A DNA stretch of 64,000 bases, taken from contig JADKDK010000006.1 of assembly GCA_016718385.1 (NCBI GenBank), forward strand, positions 509,765 through 573,764, read 5' to 3'. Origin of the DNA: Gammaproteobacteria bacterium (lineage in GTDB: Bacteria > Pseudomonadota > Gammaproteobacteria > Pseudomonadales > UBA5518). A program made the translations under genes and the position numbers. Under the pieces are notes generated by a model. That model saw nothing but the letters and a program-made list of their open reading frames with translations, was not told where the DNA came from and did not search any database. Below are positions 29,196-39,622 of the stretch, piece by piece (the first letter of the stretch is position 1; every line of letters begins with the position of its first letter).

Positions 29196-31178
29196 TCAGC
29201 CTTCTCCTGCCGGCACGGCAGCCGGTTCCGCCGCACGCTCGCCGGTCGCGCCCGTGGCCGGCGCCGCGTCCTGCGCGCGGACGGGCACGGGCGGCGCAGC
29301 ATCCGCCGCCGGCGCGAAACCGGCCCCGGGCGACGTCGCCGGCGGCGGCAGGCGCGGCAGCAGGTAGGCGTCCATCACCTTGCGCGCCACCGGCGCGGCG
29401 GTCGAGCTGCCGTGCTCGCCGTTCTCCACGATGACCGCGACCGCGATCTGCGGGTCGTCGGCCGGCGCGAAGCCGATGAACAGCGCGTGGTCGCGCTGGT
29501 GCTTCTTCAGCGCCGCCGAGTTGTAGGTCGCGTTCTGCGCGATCCCGACCACCTGCGCCGTGCCGGTCTTGCCGGCGATGCGGTAGCCGAGGTCCCTGGC
29601 AATGATCTTCGCGGTGCCGCGCGGACTGTGCACGACGTGCTCCATCCCCGCCTGCATCGCGTCCCAGGATCCCGGGTCAGGCACGTCCACCGTGTGCAGG
29701 AGCTCCGGCGTGACCGGCGCGCCGTCGATCTCCGCCAGCAGGTGCGGGCGGTAGTGCCTGCCGCGGTTGGCGAGCGTGGCCGTCATCACCGCGAGCTGCA
29801 TCGGCGTCATCAGCACGTAGCCCTGGCCGATGCCGGCGCTCAGGGTCTCACCCGGGAACCACGGCTGTCCCAACGCCTTCTGCTTCCACGCCGGCGAAGG
29901 CATGACGCCGGGGCGCTCGCTGGTCTGGTCGACGCCGGTCGGCGCGCCGAGGCCGAACTTCACCGCGAAGTCGTGCAGGCGCTGGATGCCGAGGCGGTGC
30001 GCCAGGTCGTAGAAGTAGACGTCGCAGGACTGCGTGATCGCGAGGTCCATGTCGACCGACCAGCCGTGACCCCACTTCTTCCAGTCGCGGTACTTGCGCC
30101 CGCGCCCGCCGAGCCGGTACCAGCCCGGGTCGCGCACCGCGCTCTGCGGCGTGTTGATGCCGTAGTAGAGCCCCGCCAGCGCGAACATCGGCTTCACCGT
30201 GGAACCCGGCGGGTACTGCCCCTGCATCGTGCGGTTGAGCAGCGGGCGCGCCGGCGAGTCGCGCAGCGCCGCGTAATCGGCGCTGCTGATGCCCGAGACG
30301 AACAGGTTCGGATCGAAGCTGGGCGCGCTGGCGATCGCGATCACGCCGCCGGTGCGCGGCGCCACCGCCACCACCGCGCCGAGCTCGCCGCCGAGTGCCG
30401 CGTAGGCCGCGCGCTGCACGTCGAGATCGAGCTCGAGGGTCAGGTCCTTGCCGCGCACCGGGTCGGTGTGGTCGAGCACGCGCAGCGCCCGCCCGCGCGC
30501 GTTGGTCTCGACGTTCTCGTAGCCGACGGTGCCGTGGAGCTCGGCCTCGTAGTACTTCTCGATGCCGTTCTTGCCGATCAGGTGCGTGCCGCTGTAGTTG
30601 ACGCGGTCGATCTCCTCGAGCTCCTGCTCGTTGATGCGCCCCACGTAGCCGACGGCGTGCGCCAGCAGTTCGCCGAAGGGGTAATGGCGCACCAGCTCGG
30701 CCTCGACCTCGACGCCGGGCAGGCGATAGCGGTTCACCGCGAGGCGCGCGATCTCCTCCTCGTTCAGCGCGAACCGGAGCGGCACCGCCTCGAAGGGCAG
30801 GTGGCGCGCCAGCTGCTTGCGGAAGCGCTGCTCGTCGTCTTCGCTCACCTCGATGATCGTGCGCAGCTCCGCGAGCATCACGTCGATGTCGAGCGCGCGC
30901 TCGCGCGTCACCATGATGTTGAAGATCGGCCGGTTGTCGGCGAGCAGGGTGCCGTTGCGGTCGAAGATCAGGCCGCGTCGCGGCGGCACGGCGCGCGCGT
31001 GGATGCGGTTGCGGTCGGACTCGGTACGATACGTCTCGTGGTCGATGATCTGCAGGTGGAAATAGCGCCCCAGCAGCACCGCGACCAGCGCCAGCACGCC
31101 CGCGGCGGCGATCACCACGCGCTTGCTGAAGATGCGCGTTTCGGTGAGGGTGTCCTTGATCGCGAGTCGCTCGGCCAT
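29196..31178 (-). CDS. mrdA: penicillin-binding protein 2 (elongasome transpeptidase)
   Basis: ORF 29196..31178. STVKP (SxxK), SCD and KTGTAQ motifs, plus a Pro/Ala-rich C-terminal tail of about 55 aa. Confidence 0.9.
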   Translation of the reverse strand: MAERLAIKDTLTETRIFSKRVVIAAAGVLALVAVLLGRYFHLQIIDHETYRTESDRNRIHARAVPPRRGLIFDRNGTLLADNRPIFNIMVTRERALDIDVMLAELRTIIEVSEDDEQRFRKQLARHLPFEAVPLRFALNEEEIARLAVNRYRLPGVEVEAELVRHYPFGELLAHAVGYVGRINEQELEEIDRVNYSGTHLIGKNGIEKYYEAELHGTVGYENVETNARGRALRVLDHTDPVRGKDLTLELDLDVQRAAYAALGGELGAVVAVAPRTGGVIAIASAPSFDPNLFVSGISSADYAALRDSPARPLLNRTMQGQYPPGSTVKPMFALAGLYYGINTPQSAVRDPGWYRLGGRGRKYRDWKKWGHGWSVDMDLAITQSCDVYFYDLAHRLGIQRLHDFAVKFGLGAPTGVDQTSERPGVMPSPAWKQKALGQPWFPGETLSAGIGQGYVLMTPMQLAVMTATLANRGRHYRPHLLAEIDGAPVTPELLHTVDVPDPGSWDAMQAGMEHVVHSPRGTAKIIARDLGYRIAGKTGTAQVVGIAQNATYNSAALKKHQRDHALFIGFAPADDPQIAVAVIVENGEHGSSTAAPVARKVMDAYLLPRLPPPATSPGAGFAPAADAAPPVPVRAQDAAPATGATGERAAEPAAVPAGEG

Positions 31179-31185
31179 CGCGCGC

Positions 31186-31647
31186 TCAGCGGTGATACGG
31201 GTGGGCGCCGAGGATGGTCCACGCGCGGTAGATCTGCTCCATCAGCACGATGCGCACCAGCGGATGCGGCAACGTGAGCCGCGACAGCGACCACTGGCCG
31301 GCCGCGCGGGCGCGGCAGGCATCGGACAGGCCGTCGGGGCCGCCGATCAGGAACGCGGCGCGCCGGCCCTCGTCGCGCCAGGCGCGCAGCCGGGCCGCGA
31401 GGTCCGCGGTGCTCCACGGCTCGCCGCCCACCTCGAGCGCGACCACGTGCTCCTCGGGCGCGAGCGCCGCAAGCAGCGCCTCGCCCTCCTCGGCCACCGC
31501 GCGCGCGCCGTCGCGGCGCGACACCGGGATCTCGCGCAGCTCCACCGCGAAGTCGCGCGGCATGCGCTTGTGGTACTCGGCAAAGCCCGCCTGCACCCAG
31601 GCCGGCATGCGCGTGCCCACCGCGAGAATGCGCAGGCGCGCCGCCAT
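31186..31647 (-). CDS. rlmH: 23S rRNA (pseudouridine1915-N3)-methyltransferase
   Basis: C-terminal 153 aa of ORF 31186..31755 ([25 protein letters not shown]..). The ATG overlaps the rsfS stop (TGATG). Confidence 0.9.
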   Translation of the reverse strand: MAARLRILAVGTRMPAWVQAGFAEYHKRMPRDFAVELREIPVSRRDGARAVAEEGEALLAALAPEEHVVALEVGGEPWSTADLAARLRAWRDEGRRAAFLIGGPDGLSDACRARAAGQWSLSRLTLPHPLVRIVLMEQIYRAWTILGAHPYHR

Positions 31648-31991
31648 CAGCGGGTCTCCGGCAATTCCGACCAGAGCTTCTCGATGGCGTAGAAGCGCCG
31701 CGGCTCGGCGCCCATCACGTGCACCACCACGCCGCCGAAGTCCGCCAGGATCCACTCGCCGGCGTCGGCGCCCTCGACGCCGATCGGACGCTCGCCCGCC
31801 TTGCGCATCTCCTCGAGCACGTTGTCGGCGATGGACTTCACGTGGCGCGACGAGGTCCCCGTCGCGATGACGAGGTAGTCCGTCACGTCGGTGAGCTTGC
31901 GCACGTCCAGCCGCACGATGTCCTGGCCCTTGAGGTCCTCGATGGCGCGCACCGCGAGCGCGGCCAGTTCCGCCGAATCCTTCTTGCTCAA
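31647..31991 (-). CDS. rsfS: ribosome silencing factor RsfS
   Basis: Tail of ORF 31647..32303. The TTG start at 31991 overlaps the nadD stop (TTGA). ..[21 protein letters not shown]... Confidence 0.85.
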   Translation of the reverse strand: MSKKDSAELAALAVRAIEDLKGQDIVRLDVRKLTDVTDYLVIATGTSSRHVKSIADNVLEEMRKAGERPIGVEGADAGEWILADFGGVVVHVMGAEPRRFYAIEKLWSELPETR

Positions 31992-32671
31992 TCTGTGTCC
32001 CCCGTGTGCGCCGCGGCGCGTGTGTAGATGCGGTTCTCCCGGATGTAGTCGAGCACCGCGTCGGGCAGCAGGTAGCGCGGCGAGCGGCCCTCGGCGAGCA
32101 GCGCCCGGATGTGGGTGGCCGAGATCGCGAGCTGCGTCAGCTCGAGGCGCAGGATCGCGCCCTGCGCGGCGCCGGCCAGCGCCGCGGCGGGGTCCCCGGC
32201 GAACCGCGCCGCGGCCCAGCGCCCGGCCTCCTCGCCGAGCGCGAGCGCCGCACCCGGACGCTGCACCACCACGAGGTGGGCGTGCTCGGCGAGCGCGCGC
32301 CACTCCTTCCAGGTGTCGATCGCGGCGAAGGCGTCCAGCCCCACGATCAGGCAGAGCCGCGCGGCCGCGCCCAGTTCCGCGCGCAGCGAGCGCAGGGTGT
32401 CGATGGTGTACGAGGCGCCGCCGCGCACGAGTTCACGGTCGTCGACGACGAAACCGGGGTTTGCGTCGGCGGCGAGCTCGAGCATGCGCAGCCGTTCCAT
32501 CGCGGTGGCCAGCGGCGCACCGCGGTGCGGCGGCACACTGGCCGGCACCAGCCTGAGCTCGTCGAGCGCGAGCAGCTCGGCGACCTCCAGCGCGGTGCGC
32601 AGGTGGCCGTTGTGGACCGGGTCGAAGGTGCCGCCGAAGATGCCGATGCGGCGCGCGGCGCTGCTGCTCAC
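31988..32671 (-). CDS. nadD: nicotinate-nucleotide adenylyltransferase
   Basis: ORF 31988..32671. [14 protein letters not shown] motif. Confidence 0.9.
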   Translation of the reverse strand: MSSSAARRIGIFGGTFDPVHNGHLRTALEVAELLALDELRLVPASVPPHRGAPLATAMERLRMLELAADANPGFVVDDRELVRGGASYTIDTLRSLRAELGAAARLCLIVGLDAFAAIDTWKEWRALAEHAHLVVVQRPGAALALGEEAGRWAAARFAGDPAAALAGAAQGAILRLELTQLAISATHIRALLAEGRSPRYLLPDAVLDYIRENRIYTRAAAHTGDTD

Positions 32672-32689
32672 CCGCGCTCCCGCGCCGGA

Positions 32690-33946
32690 TCAGCCGCGCA
32701 CATGCCCGTCGCCCAGCACCACGTATTTCTGCGAGGTCAGCCCCTCGAGCCCGACCGGGCCGCGCGCGTGGATCTTGTCGGTGGAGATGCCGATCTCGGC
32801 GCCCAGGCCGTATTCGAAGCCGTCGGCGAAGCGCGTCGAGGCGTTGACCATCACCGAGGACGAATCCACCTCGCGCAGGAATCGCCGCGCGCGGCTGTAG
32901 TCCTCGGTCACGATCGCGTCGGTGTGCTGCGAGCCGTAGCGCGCGATGTGCTCCACCGCCTCGTCGAGGTCCGCGACGACGCGGATGGCGAGGATCGGCG
33001 CCAGATACTCGGTGGACCAGTCCTCCTCGGTCGCGCGCACGGCCTGTGGCAGCAGTTCGCAGCTGCGCGCGCAGCCGCGCAGTTCCACGCCGTGCTCCGC
33101 GTAGGCCGCGCCGAGCCGCGGCAGTATCGCCGCGGCCACCGGCGCCGCGACCAGCAGCGTCTCCATGGTGTTGCAGGTGCCGTAGCGCTGCGTCTTGGCG
33201 TTGAGCGCCACCGCGAAGGCCTTGTCGAGGTCGGCGCGGTCGTCGATGTAGACGTGGCAGATGCCGTCGAGGTGCTTCAGCACGGGGATGCGGGCGTCGG
33301 CCGAGATGCGTTCGATCAGGCCCTTGCCGCCGCGCGGAACGATCACGTCGACGTGCTCCGGCATCGTGATCAGGTGGCCCACCGCGGCCCGGTCCGCGGT
33401 GGCGATCACCTGCAGCGCGCGCTCCGGCAGCCCGGCGGCGCGGAGCCCGCGGTGCATGCAGGCGGCGATCACGCGGTTCGAGGCGAGCGACTCCGAGCCG
33501 CCGCGCAGGATCGCCGCGTTGCCCGACTTGAGGCAGAGGCTCGCGGCGTCGGCGGTCACGTTCGGTCGCGACTCGTAGATGATGCCGACCACGCCGAGCG
33601 GCACGCGCATGCGCCCGACCTGGATGCCGCTCGGGCGGTAGGCGAGATCGGTGATCACGCCGACCGGGTCCGGCAGCGCGGCGACCTGCGAGAGCCCCTC
33701 GATCATCGCGTCGATGCGCGCGTCGGTGAGTTTCAGCCGGTCCAGCGCCGCGGCGTCCAGTCCCTGTCCGGCGGCGCGCGCCATGTCCTCGCCGTTGGCG
33801 GCGGCGAGCTCGGCGCGCGCGGCCGCGATGGCCGCGCCCGCCTCGTGCAGCGCCGCGTTCTTTGCCTGCGTCGTGGCGCGCGCCATCAGCCGCGAGGCGG
33901 CCCGCGCTTCCCGGCCGACCTCGGCCATGTAAGACCCGATATCCAT
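32690..33946 (-). CDS. proA: gamma-glutamyl phosphate reductase
   Basis: ORF 32690..34090, start at [15 protein letters not shown] (33946). ..CNTMETLLV.. active-site Cys region. Confidence 0.9.
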   Translation of the reverse strand: MDIGSYMAEVGREARAASRLMARATTQAKNAALHEAGAAIAAARAELAAANGEDMARAAGQGLDAAALDRLKLTDARIDAMIEGLSQVAALPDPVGVITDLAYRPSGIQVGRMRVPLGVVGIIYESRPNVTADAASLCLKSGNAAILRGGSESLASNRVIAACMHRGLRAAGLPERALQVIATADRAAVGHLITMPEHVDVIVPRGGKGLIERISADARIPVLKHLDGICHVYIDDRADLDKAFAVALNAKTQRYGTCNTMETLLVAAPVAAAILPRLGAAYAEHGVELRGCARSCELLPQAVRATEEDWSTEYLAPILAIRVVADLDEAVEHIARYGSQHTDAIVTEDYSRARRFLREVDSSSVMVNASTRFADGFEYGLGAEIGISTDKIHARGPVGLEGLTSQKYVVLGDGHVRG

Positions 33947-34092
33947 GCGATCTGCGGTTCCGGATGAGGGTGGTTTGCGCCTGCAGCGGCGCGAAGAGGT
34001 GGCATTATATCCGCGTCCCCCCGCCTGCCGCACCCGCCGCCCCGGCACGACGGCGGCGGGAGCGGCCCGACAGCCGAGGAATACCGCCACCG

Positions 34093-34737
34093 ATGCCCCT
34101 TCCCGACGCGAGCGCCGTGCAGTCCTGGCTCGAGCAGCACCCCGCCTGGGTGGCCGCCGTGATCGCGCTGGTCTCGTTCGTCGAATCCTTCGCGATCCTG
34201 GGCATCGCGGTGCCGGGCGTCGCGCTGCTCGGCGCAGCCGCCTTCGTGGCCGGCTCCGGCGCGCTCGGCCTGCCCGAATGCCTGCTCGCGGCCTTCCTGG
34301 GCGCCGTGGCGGGCGACGGCGTGAGCTTCCTGCTCGGGCGCATCTTCCACCAGGACATCAAGCGGGCGTGGCCGTTCCGCCACAATCCGGAGTGGATCGC
34401 CAACGGGGAGCGCTTCTTCGCGCGCTACGGCGCCGGCAGCGTCGCGATCGGCCGCTTCGTGGAGCCGATCCGGCCGGTCATCCCGCTGGTGGCGGGCATC
34501 CTCAACATGCCGGCGCGCGCCTTCTTTGCGATCAACGTGGCCTCGGCGCTCGGCTGGGCACCGGTGTACATCCTGCCCGGCTACCTGCTCGGCGCCGCCG
34601 TCGACACGCGCCTCGCCTCGCCGCGCCTGCTGCTCGCACTCGCCGTGGTCGCACTCGCCGCGGGCGGTGTCGTATTCTGGGCCCATCGCCGCTCGCGCAA
34701 CGGCAGCAACCAGGGCCCCGGGAGGGCCGGCACATGA
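34093..34737 (+). CDS. DedA-family membrane protein
   Basis: Within ORF 33862..34737, from [14 protein letters not shown]... ..[14 protein letters not shown].. and ..[15 protein letters not shown].. are DedA signatures. Confidence 0.8.
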   Translation: MPLPDASAVQSWLEQHPAWVAAVIALVSFVESFAILGIAVPGVALLGAAAFVAGSGALGLPECLLAAFLGAVAGDGVSFLLGRIFHQDIKRAWPFRHNPEWIANGERFFARYGAGSVAIGRFVEPIRPVIPLVAGILNMPARAFFAINVASALGWAPVYILPGYLLGAAVDTRLASPRLLLALAVVALAAGGVVFWAHRRSRNGSNQGPGRAGT

Positions 34738-35345
34738 AGCTGGAATTCTTCTTCGACTGCTCGAGCCCCTGGACCTATCTCGCCTTCGAGGGCATCCAGC
34801 CGATCGCCGCGCGCCACGGCGTCGCGATCGACTGGCGCCCGATCCTGGTCGGCGGCGTGTTCAACGCGGTCAACCAGGAAGTCTACGCCGCGCGCGCGAA
34901 CCCGAACCCGCGCCGCTTCGCCTACATGCAGAAGGACCTCGCCGACTGGGCGCGCTACTACGGGCTGGAGATCGGCTGGCCCGCGGTGTTTCCGGTCAAC
35001 AGCGTGCAGGCGATGCGCGGCGCGCTGGTGGCGCTCGACGAGGGCCGGCTCGTGCCCTATGCGCGCGCCGTGTTCCAGCGCTACTGGCGCGATCTCGCCG
35101 ACATCTCGCAGCCCGACGTGGTGGCGCAGATCGCGGCGTCGGTCGGATTCGACGGGCCCGCATTCCTCGAGCGCATCGCGCAGCCGGCGCTCAAGGAGCG
35201 CCTGCGGCGCAACACCGAGGAACTCGTCGCGCGCGGCGGCTTCGGCACGCCGACGATGTTCGTCAACGGCACCGACATGTACTTCGGCAACGACCGGCTG
35301 CTGCTGCTGGAGCGGGCGATCGCGGCCGACGGGCCCCGGGCGTGA
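34734..35345 (+). CDS. 2-hydroxychromene-2-carboxylate isomerase / DsbA-like thioredoxin-fold protein
   Basis: [18 protein letters not shown].. ..GGFGTPTMFVNG..YFGNDRL... ATGA overlap with the dedA-like stop. Confidence 0.75.
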   Translation: MKLEFFFDCSSPWTYLAFEGIQPIAARHGVAIDWRPILVGGVFNAVNQEVYAARANPNPRRFAYMQKDLADWARYYGLEIGWPAVFPVNSVQAMRGALVALDEGRLVPYARAVFQRYWRDLADISQPDVVAQIAASVGFDGPAFLERIAQPALKERLRRNTEELVARGGFGTPTMFVNGTDMYFGNDRLLLLERAIAADGPRA

Positions 35346-35377
35346 AGACTACCGCGCAAGGCAGCGCCGGGCGCGCC

Positions 35378-35785
35378 CTACGCCTGCGCCCATAGCGCGG
35401 CGACTGCCGACGGGGTCTTGTAGTAGATGTCCATCTCCGCGATGCGGCCGTCGCGCACGCGATACAGTTCGACGACATCCACGACGACCGCCTCCCCGGT
35501 GCGCCTCGAGGTGATCCTGGAGACCAGGCGCACGACGATGGGGTTGCTCGCGTCGAGCACCTCGACCCGGTCGCTGCCCAGCTCCGCCACCGCGCCGATC
35601 CGGCCCATGAGTTCGCGGAAGCCGTCGATGCCGTGGTATTCGCCGCCGTAGGGCAGATCCGCCGGCTCGCGGATGACGACGTCCTCGGCCAGCATGCCGA
35701 TGGCCTCGTCGAAGCGCCCCGACTCGATGAAACGGTAGAACTGGCGGATGGTGTCCGGACCGGCCGGTGACGGCGTCGCTCCCAT
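35378..35785 (-). CDS. SnoaL-like / NTF2-fold protein
   Basis: ORF 35378..35785, 135 aa, with the typical NTF2-like pattern (..IRQFYRFIESGRFDEAIGMLAEDVV.. ..ELYRVRDGRIAEMDIYY..). Confidence 0.6.
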   Translation of the reverse strand: MGATPSPAGPDTIRQFYRFIESGRFDEAIGMLAEDVVIREPADLPYGGEYHGIDGFRELMGRIGAVAELGSDRVEVLDASNPIVVRLVSRITSRRTGEAVVVDVVELYRVRDGRIAEMDIYYKTPSAVAALWAQA

Positions 35786-35913
35786 CGTCTGCTCCTCGCA
35801 CGTCCTCGCTTTGGCGCCCGACCATAGCGAGCCGCCCCACGACTGTAAAATCGGTGCGGGTTATGGCAGCCATCGGCCGCATTTATGCGTGTTTGCGCGG
35901 CTTCCCGCGCGCC

Positions 35914-35942
35914 TTGCAGAGCGCAAGCGCAGGGTGTAGTGT
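35914..35942 (+). promoter_or_regulatory. candidate sigma70 promoter (TTGCAG-17 nt-TAGTGT) ahead of the TonB-dependent receptor
   Basis: Hexamers read at 35914-35919 and 35937-35942 in the least GC-rich part of a 449-bp intergenic region. It would give a leader of about 290 nt. Confidence 0.25.
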
Positions 35943-36234
35943 GAAAACCGATAATTACAACGCAGGTCTCGATGCACGATGCCAAATCGGCGCCTGGACG
36001 AATGCGGACACGCGGCGGCGCATCGCGCGGTCGCGTCGAGGAGTATCGCCGCTCCCGTCGACACGAACCCGAAACGATCGTTGCGGATGCAGACGCTTGC
36101 GGACCCCGACCTCACGCAGCCGCCGGCGTGGCACCCGTTCCACCGTGCGCGGGGCAGCGAGCGCCTGCCGACCGGATTCGCGCTCACATGAAGAAGATCC
36201 CGATAACCAGAAACGTGAAACACAGGGGGCACCC

Positions 36235-38697
36235 ATGAGCAGGCACTTTTCCACGCGTGTTCTTGCAGCGGCAATCGCCGTCGGCCTGGCGCTGGAGGTG
36301 ACGCCGGCCGCGGCGGCGCAGCTCGAAGAAGTCATCGTGACCGCGCGCAAGCGCGACGAATCGATCATGAAGGTACCGACGACCGCGACGGTGCTGTCCC
36401 AGGAGACCCTGGACCAATACGCCGTCGGCGACGTCAAGGGCATCGCCGACAAGGTGCCGGGCCTGAATTTCGGCTCCGGCGTGCTGGCGTCCGGCGTCCA
36501 GGTCTCGATGCGCGGTGTCGGCACGTCCACGAAGAACCCCGCGATAGACCAGTCGGTGGCGCTGGTGGCCGACGGCATGCAGTTCACCCAGGGGCTTGCC
36601 TTCCAGGCGGCCAGCTTCGACATGGCCAACGTCCAGGTCCTGAAAGGACCGCAGGCGCTGTTCTTCGGCAAGGCGGCCCCGGCCGGCGTGATCGCGATCC
36701 GGACGGCGGATCCCATCGACAAGAACGAGGTCGTGCTGCGCGCCGGCTACGAGTTCGAAGCCGAGGAGGCGCTGGGCGAGGCGATCGTCTCGGGGCCGGT
36801 CACGGACACGCTCGGCCTGCGGCTGGCGGCGCAGTTTTCCGACATGGACGGTTATTTCCGCAACGACGCCGTGCCGGGCCAGGCGGTTGTTCCCGCCTTC
36901 GGGAGCCTCGGGGCCGCGCCGGTCACCAAGAAGGACTTTCCGAACAGGGATTCCCTGCTGCTCCGGGGAACGGCGCTCTGGAACCCGACCGAGAGCTTCA
37001 GCGCGCGCTTCAAGGTGAACTACAACGACGTCGAGACCAAGGGCTGGGGCGGGGAGCCGCAACTCGTCTCCTGCCCGCTCGGGACCAACTCGGCCTTTCA
37101 CGCGCTCGGTGTCGACTGGATCGGCGGCGAGGACTGCAAGAAGGACGACAAGCAGAAATACTCCTACATGGACCCGGCCGCCTATCCCGGTGTCCGCAAC
37201 GGCGGCGTGCCCTACAGCGACCTCGAACAGTATTTCGGGTCGCTGGAACTGAACTACGATTTCGGCAACGATCTCACGCTGACCTCGGTCACGGGCTACT
37301 ACGACGTCGACCAGTCGTCCCTCGTGAACCTCGGCATCACGACGGGGTTCGGTACCCCCATGGCCAACCAGGGCCATTTCGAGCGCAACGATTTCACGCA
37401 GGAATTGCGCCTGACGTCGAATTTCGACGGCGACCTGAACTTCACGCTGGGCGGCTTTTACCAGACCGGGGAAACGGATTACCTGAGCTGACTGCCGTGG
37501 AACCAGACGATGCAGAAGCTGTCGCCGCGCTTCAACCTGGGTCAGGCCCTGACCTGGGCAGACAACGAAATGGATGCCGAGACGATCTCCGGTTTCGGGC
37601 AGGTGTTGTGGCAGATCACGCCGGATCTCGAACTGGGCCTCGGCGCGCGCTGGACCGCCGAGGATCGCGAACACAGCCAGATGGTGCGCACCATCACGCG
37701 TCCGGACAGGACCGTGGAGTGGCTGCCTGCACCGGTACCGAACCCGTTGGGCAACCCGGACCTCGGATCGGACAACTGGTCTCCCGAAGTCTCGTTGACC
37801 TGGACGGCGACGGAAAGCCTGACGGTCTTCGCCAACCTGAAGCAGGCCTACAAGTCCGGCTCCTTCGACCTCACGACGGCCAAGCCCGGCGAGGACTCGT
37901 CGTTCAAGGACGAGAAGGTGCAGGGCGGAGAACTCGGCCTCAAGAGTCGCTGGCTGGACGACACGCTCGCCTTCAATGCCTCGGGCTACTACTACAAGTA
38001 CGACGACATGCAGGTCGAAAAGAACGTGTTCGACCCGGCCAACGGCGTGTTCGGCGTCAAGACGACGAACGCGGCGTCCGCCGAGGTCTATGGCGTCGAC
38101 GTGGATGTCACCTATGTGCCGCCTGCGCTCGAGGGGCTGACGCTGTTCGGCGCGCTCAACTGGAACAAGGCCGAATACGAGGACTTTGCCGATGCCGATT
38201 GCTGGATCGGTCAGAGCCTCGCCCAGGGCTGCAACATCGATGTCGATGGCGACGGCAAAGGGGACTACCAGGATCTCGCGGGTGAGCCGCTGGTGCGCGC
38301 ACCGGAATGGACCGCGAATTTCGGCTTCGATTATGCAACACCGGTGTTCGCCGACATGACGCTGCGCCTGGGCTCCAACACCCAGTACTCGGATTCCTAC
38401 TCCGCATCGCCCACGAATTTCAAGGATGCGTACCAGGACTCCTACGTGAAGACCAGCGCCAACATCGGCCTGGTCGGGGCGAACGACCGATGGGTGGTCG
38501 AGGTGATCGGGGACAATCTCACCGACGAAATCGTGTACGGCGCCTGCAACCCGCAGACGTACCGGGAAAACTACATCGTCGGCTCGACCACCGCCGGCAC
38601 CGGTACCGCGAACGGCAAGTTGCCCGAGACCGCCTGCTTCGTCGAACGCGGGCGTTCGGTGTGGCTGCGCCTGACCTGGAACCTGGGCGGCGACTGA
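36235..38697 (+). pseudogene. TonB-dependent outer-membrane receptor interrupted by an in-frame TGA (37489-37491)
   Basis: ORF tail 36235..37491 has a signal peptide and plug (QLEEVIVTARKRDESIMKVPTT..). ORF 37510..38697 is the rest of the barrel. Both are in the same frame (2463 nt total), separated only by one TGA. Confidence 0.85.
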
Positions 38698-38744
38698 GCC
38701 ATCGGGGGGGCGCCGATCATCGCCCCTGCGGGCGGAGGTGAAAC

Positions 38745-39221
38745 ATGAAGACCGACATGCCCAACCGCGAGCCGATAATCGCCGCGCTGAACCGCATCCT
38801 CGAGCACGAGATGGCGGGAGTGGTTCGCTACACCCATTACTCCCTGATGGTGTTCGGCTTCAGCCGCATTCCCGTCGTGAACTGGTTCCGCAGCGCCGCC
38901 AGTGAAACGCTGGCGCATGCTGTCGCGGCGGGAGAGATGATCACGCTGATCGGCGGGTATCCGTCGCTCGGCATCGGTCCGCTGCTGGAGACGCACCACC
39001 ACGACCTGCGCGAGATGCTCAGGGAATCCATGGACTTCGAGATCCAGGGCGTCGACCTCTACAAGCAATTGCTGCGCCTGGCCGAAGACGCGGGCTCGAT
39101 CACCATCGAGGAATACGCGCGGCAGAAGATCGCCGAGGAGGCGATGCACATCGGGGACATCGACAAGATGCTGCGGCGGCCGGGCAACATCACCCAGGCG
39201 GTGAAGACCGAGGCGCCGTGA
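38745..39221 (+). CDS. ferritin-like (bacterioferritin/Dps superfamily) protein
   Basis: ORF 38745..39221. Four-helix-bundle pattern with E/H ligands colinear with Bfr (..LEHEMAG.., ..SETLAHAVAAGEMI.., ..DFEIQG.., ..AEEAMHIGDID..). GGAGGTG RBS. Confidence 0.7.
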   Translation: MKTDMPNREPIIAALNRILEHEMAGVVRYTHYSLMVFGFSRIPVVNWFRSAASETLAHAVAAGEMITLIGGYPSLGIGPLLETHHHDLREMLRESMDFEIQGVDLYKQLLRLAEDAGSITIEEYARQKIAEEAMHIGDIDKMLRRPGNITQAVKTEAP

Positions 39222-39309
39222 CGGCGTCGGCGTCCTGTCCCCGCGCGCCAGCCACCAGGCGCGCGCGGAGCTGATCATCACCGCCGTTCCCGGTGCAGGG
39301 CGCTCGGCC

Positions 39310-39567
39310 GTGGAGCTGGTGTTCTTCATGATCCTGCCGGCGCTCGGCAAGTACCTCGCCGGCGGCACCGCGATGATGGGCGTGATGGGCGAGTTGCTGC
39401 GCGACAGCCAGCTCGACAGCGCCGAGCTCAACCGCAGCATCGGCTTCCTGCGCAATCCGCTGGACCTGCCGGGCCTCGCGATCCTGCTGTCGACCGGGCC
39501 CGGGCGGTTGTGTGGAATTTTTGCCGAAATGAAACTCGCGCCGTCGTACGCAGTCCACCGAGGATAG
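39310..39567 (+). CDS. hypothetical small protein (85 aa), no family recognised
   Basis: ORF 39310..39567 (GTG start). Third positions are almost all G/C for the first 65 codons or so, which supports this frame. No motif recognised. Confidence 0.35.
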   Translation: MELVFFMILPALGKYLAGGTAMMGVMGELLRDSQLDSAELNRSIGFLRNPLDLPGLAILLSTGPGRLCGIFAEMKLAPSYAVHRG

Positions 39568-39622
39568 CCGGGCCCTAACGTCCCGGCCGCCACGGCAGCC
39601 GCCCCCGCATCAGGAGATCGCG

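Noticed and set aside
35950-35960. Fur-box-like GATAATTACAA upstream of the TonB receptor.
   Set aside because: It matches only one half-site of the 19-bp palindrome, and there is no second half.
35786-36234. Cobalamin or TPP riboswitch in the receptor leader.
   Set aside because: I could not find the B12 box (GCCACTG core) or the TPP CUGAGA/ACCUGAUCUGGAUAAUGCCAGCG elements by eye. A covariance-model scan is still needed.
37489-37560. Selenocysteine recoding of the in-frame TGA in the TonB receptor.
   Set aside because: No hairpin lies at the usual SECIS distance. The only clean stem (GGTCAG-GCC-CTGACC, 37540-37554) is about 50 nt downstream. TonB receptors are not known selenoproteins.
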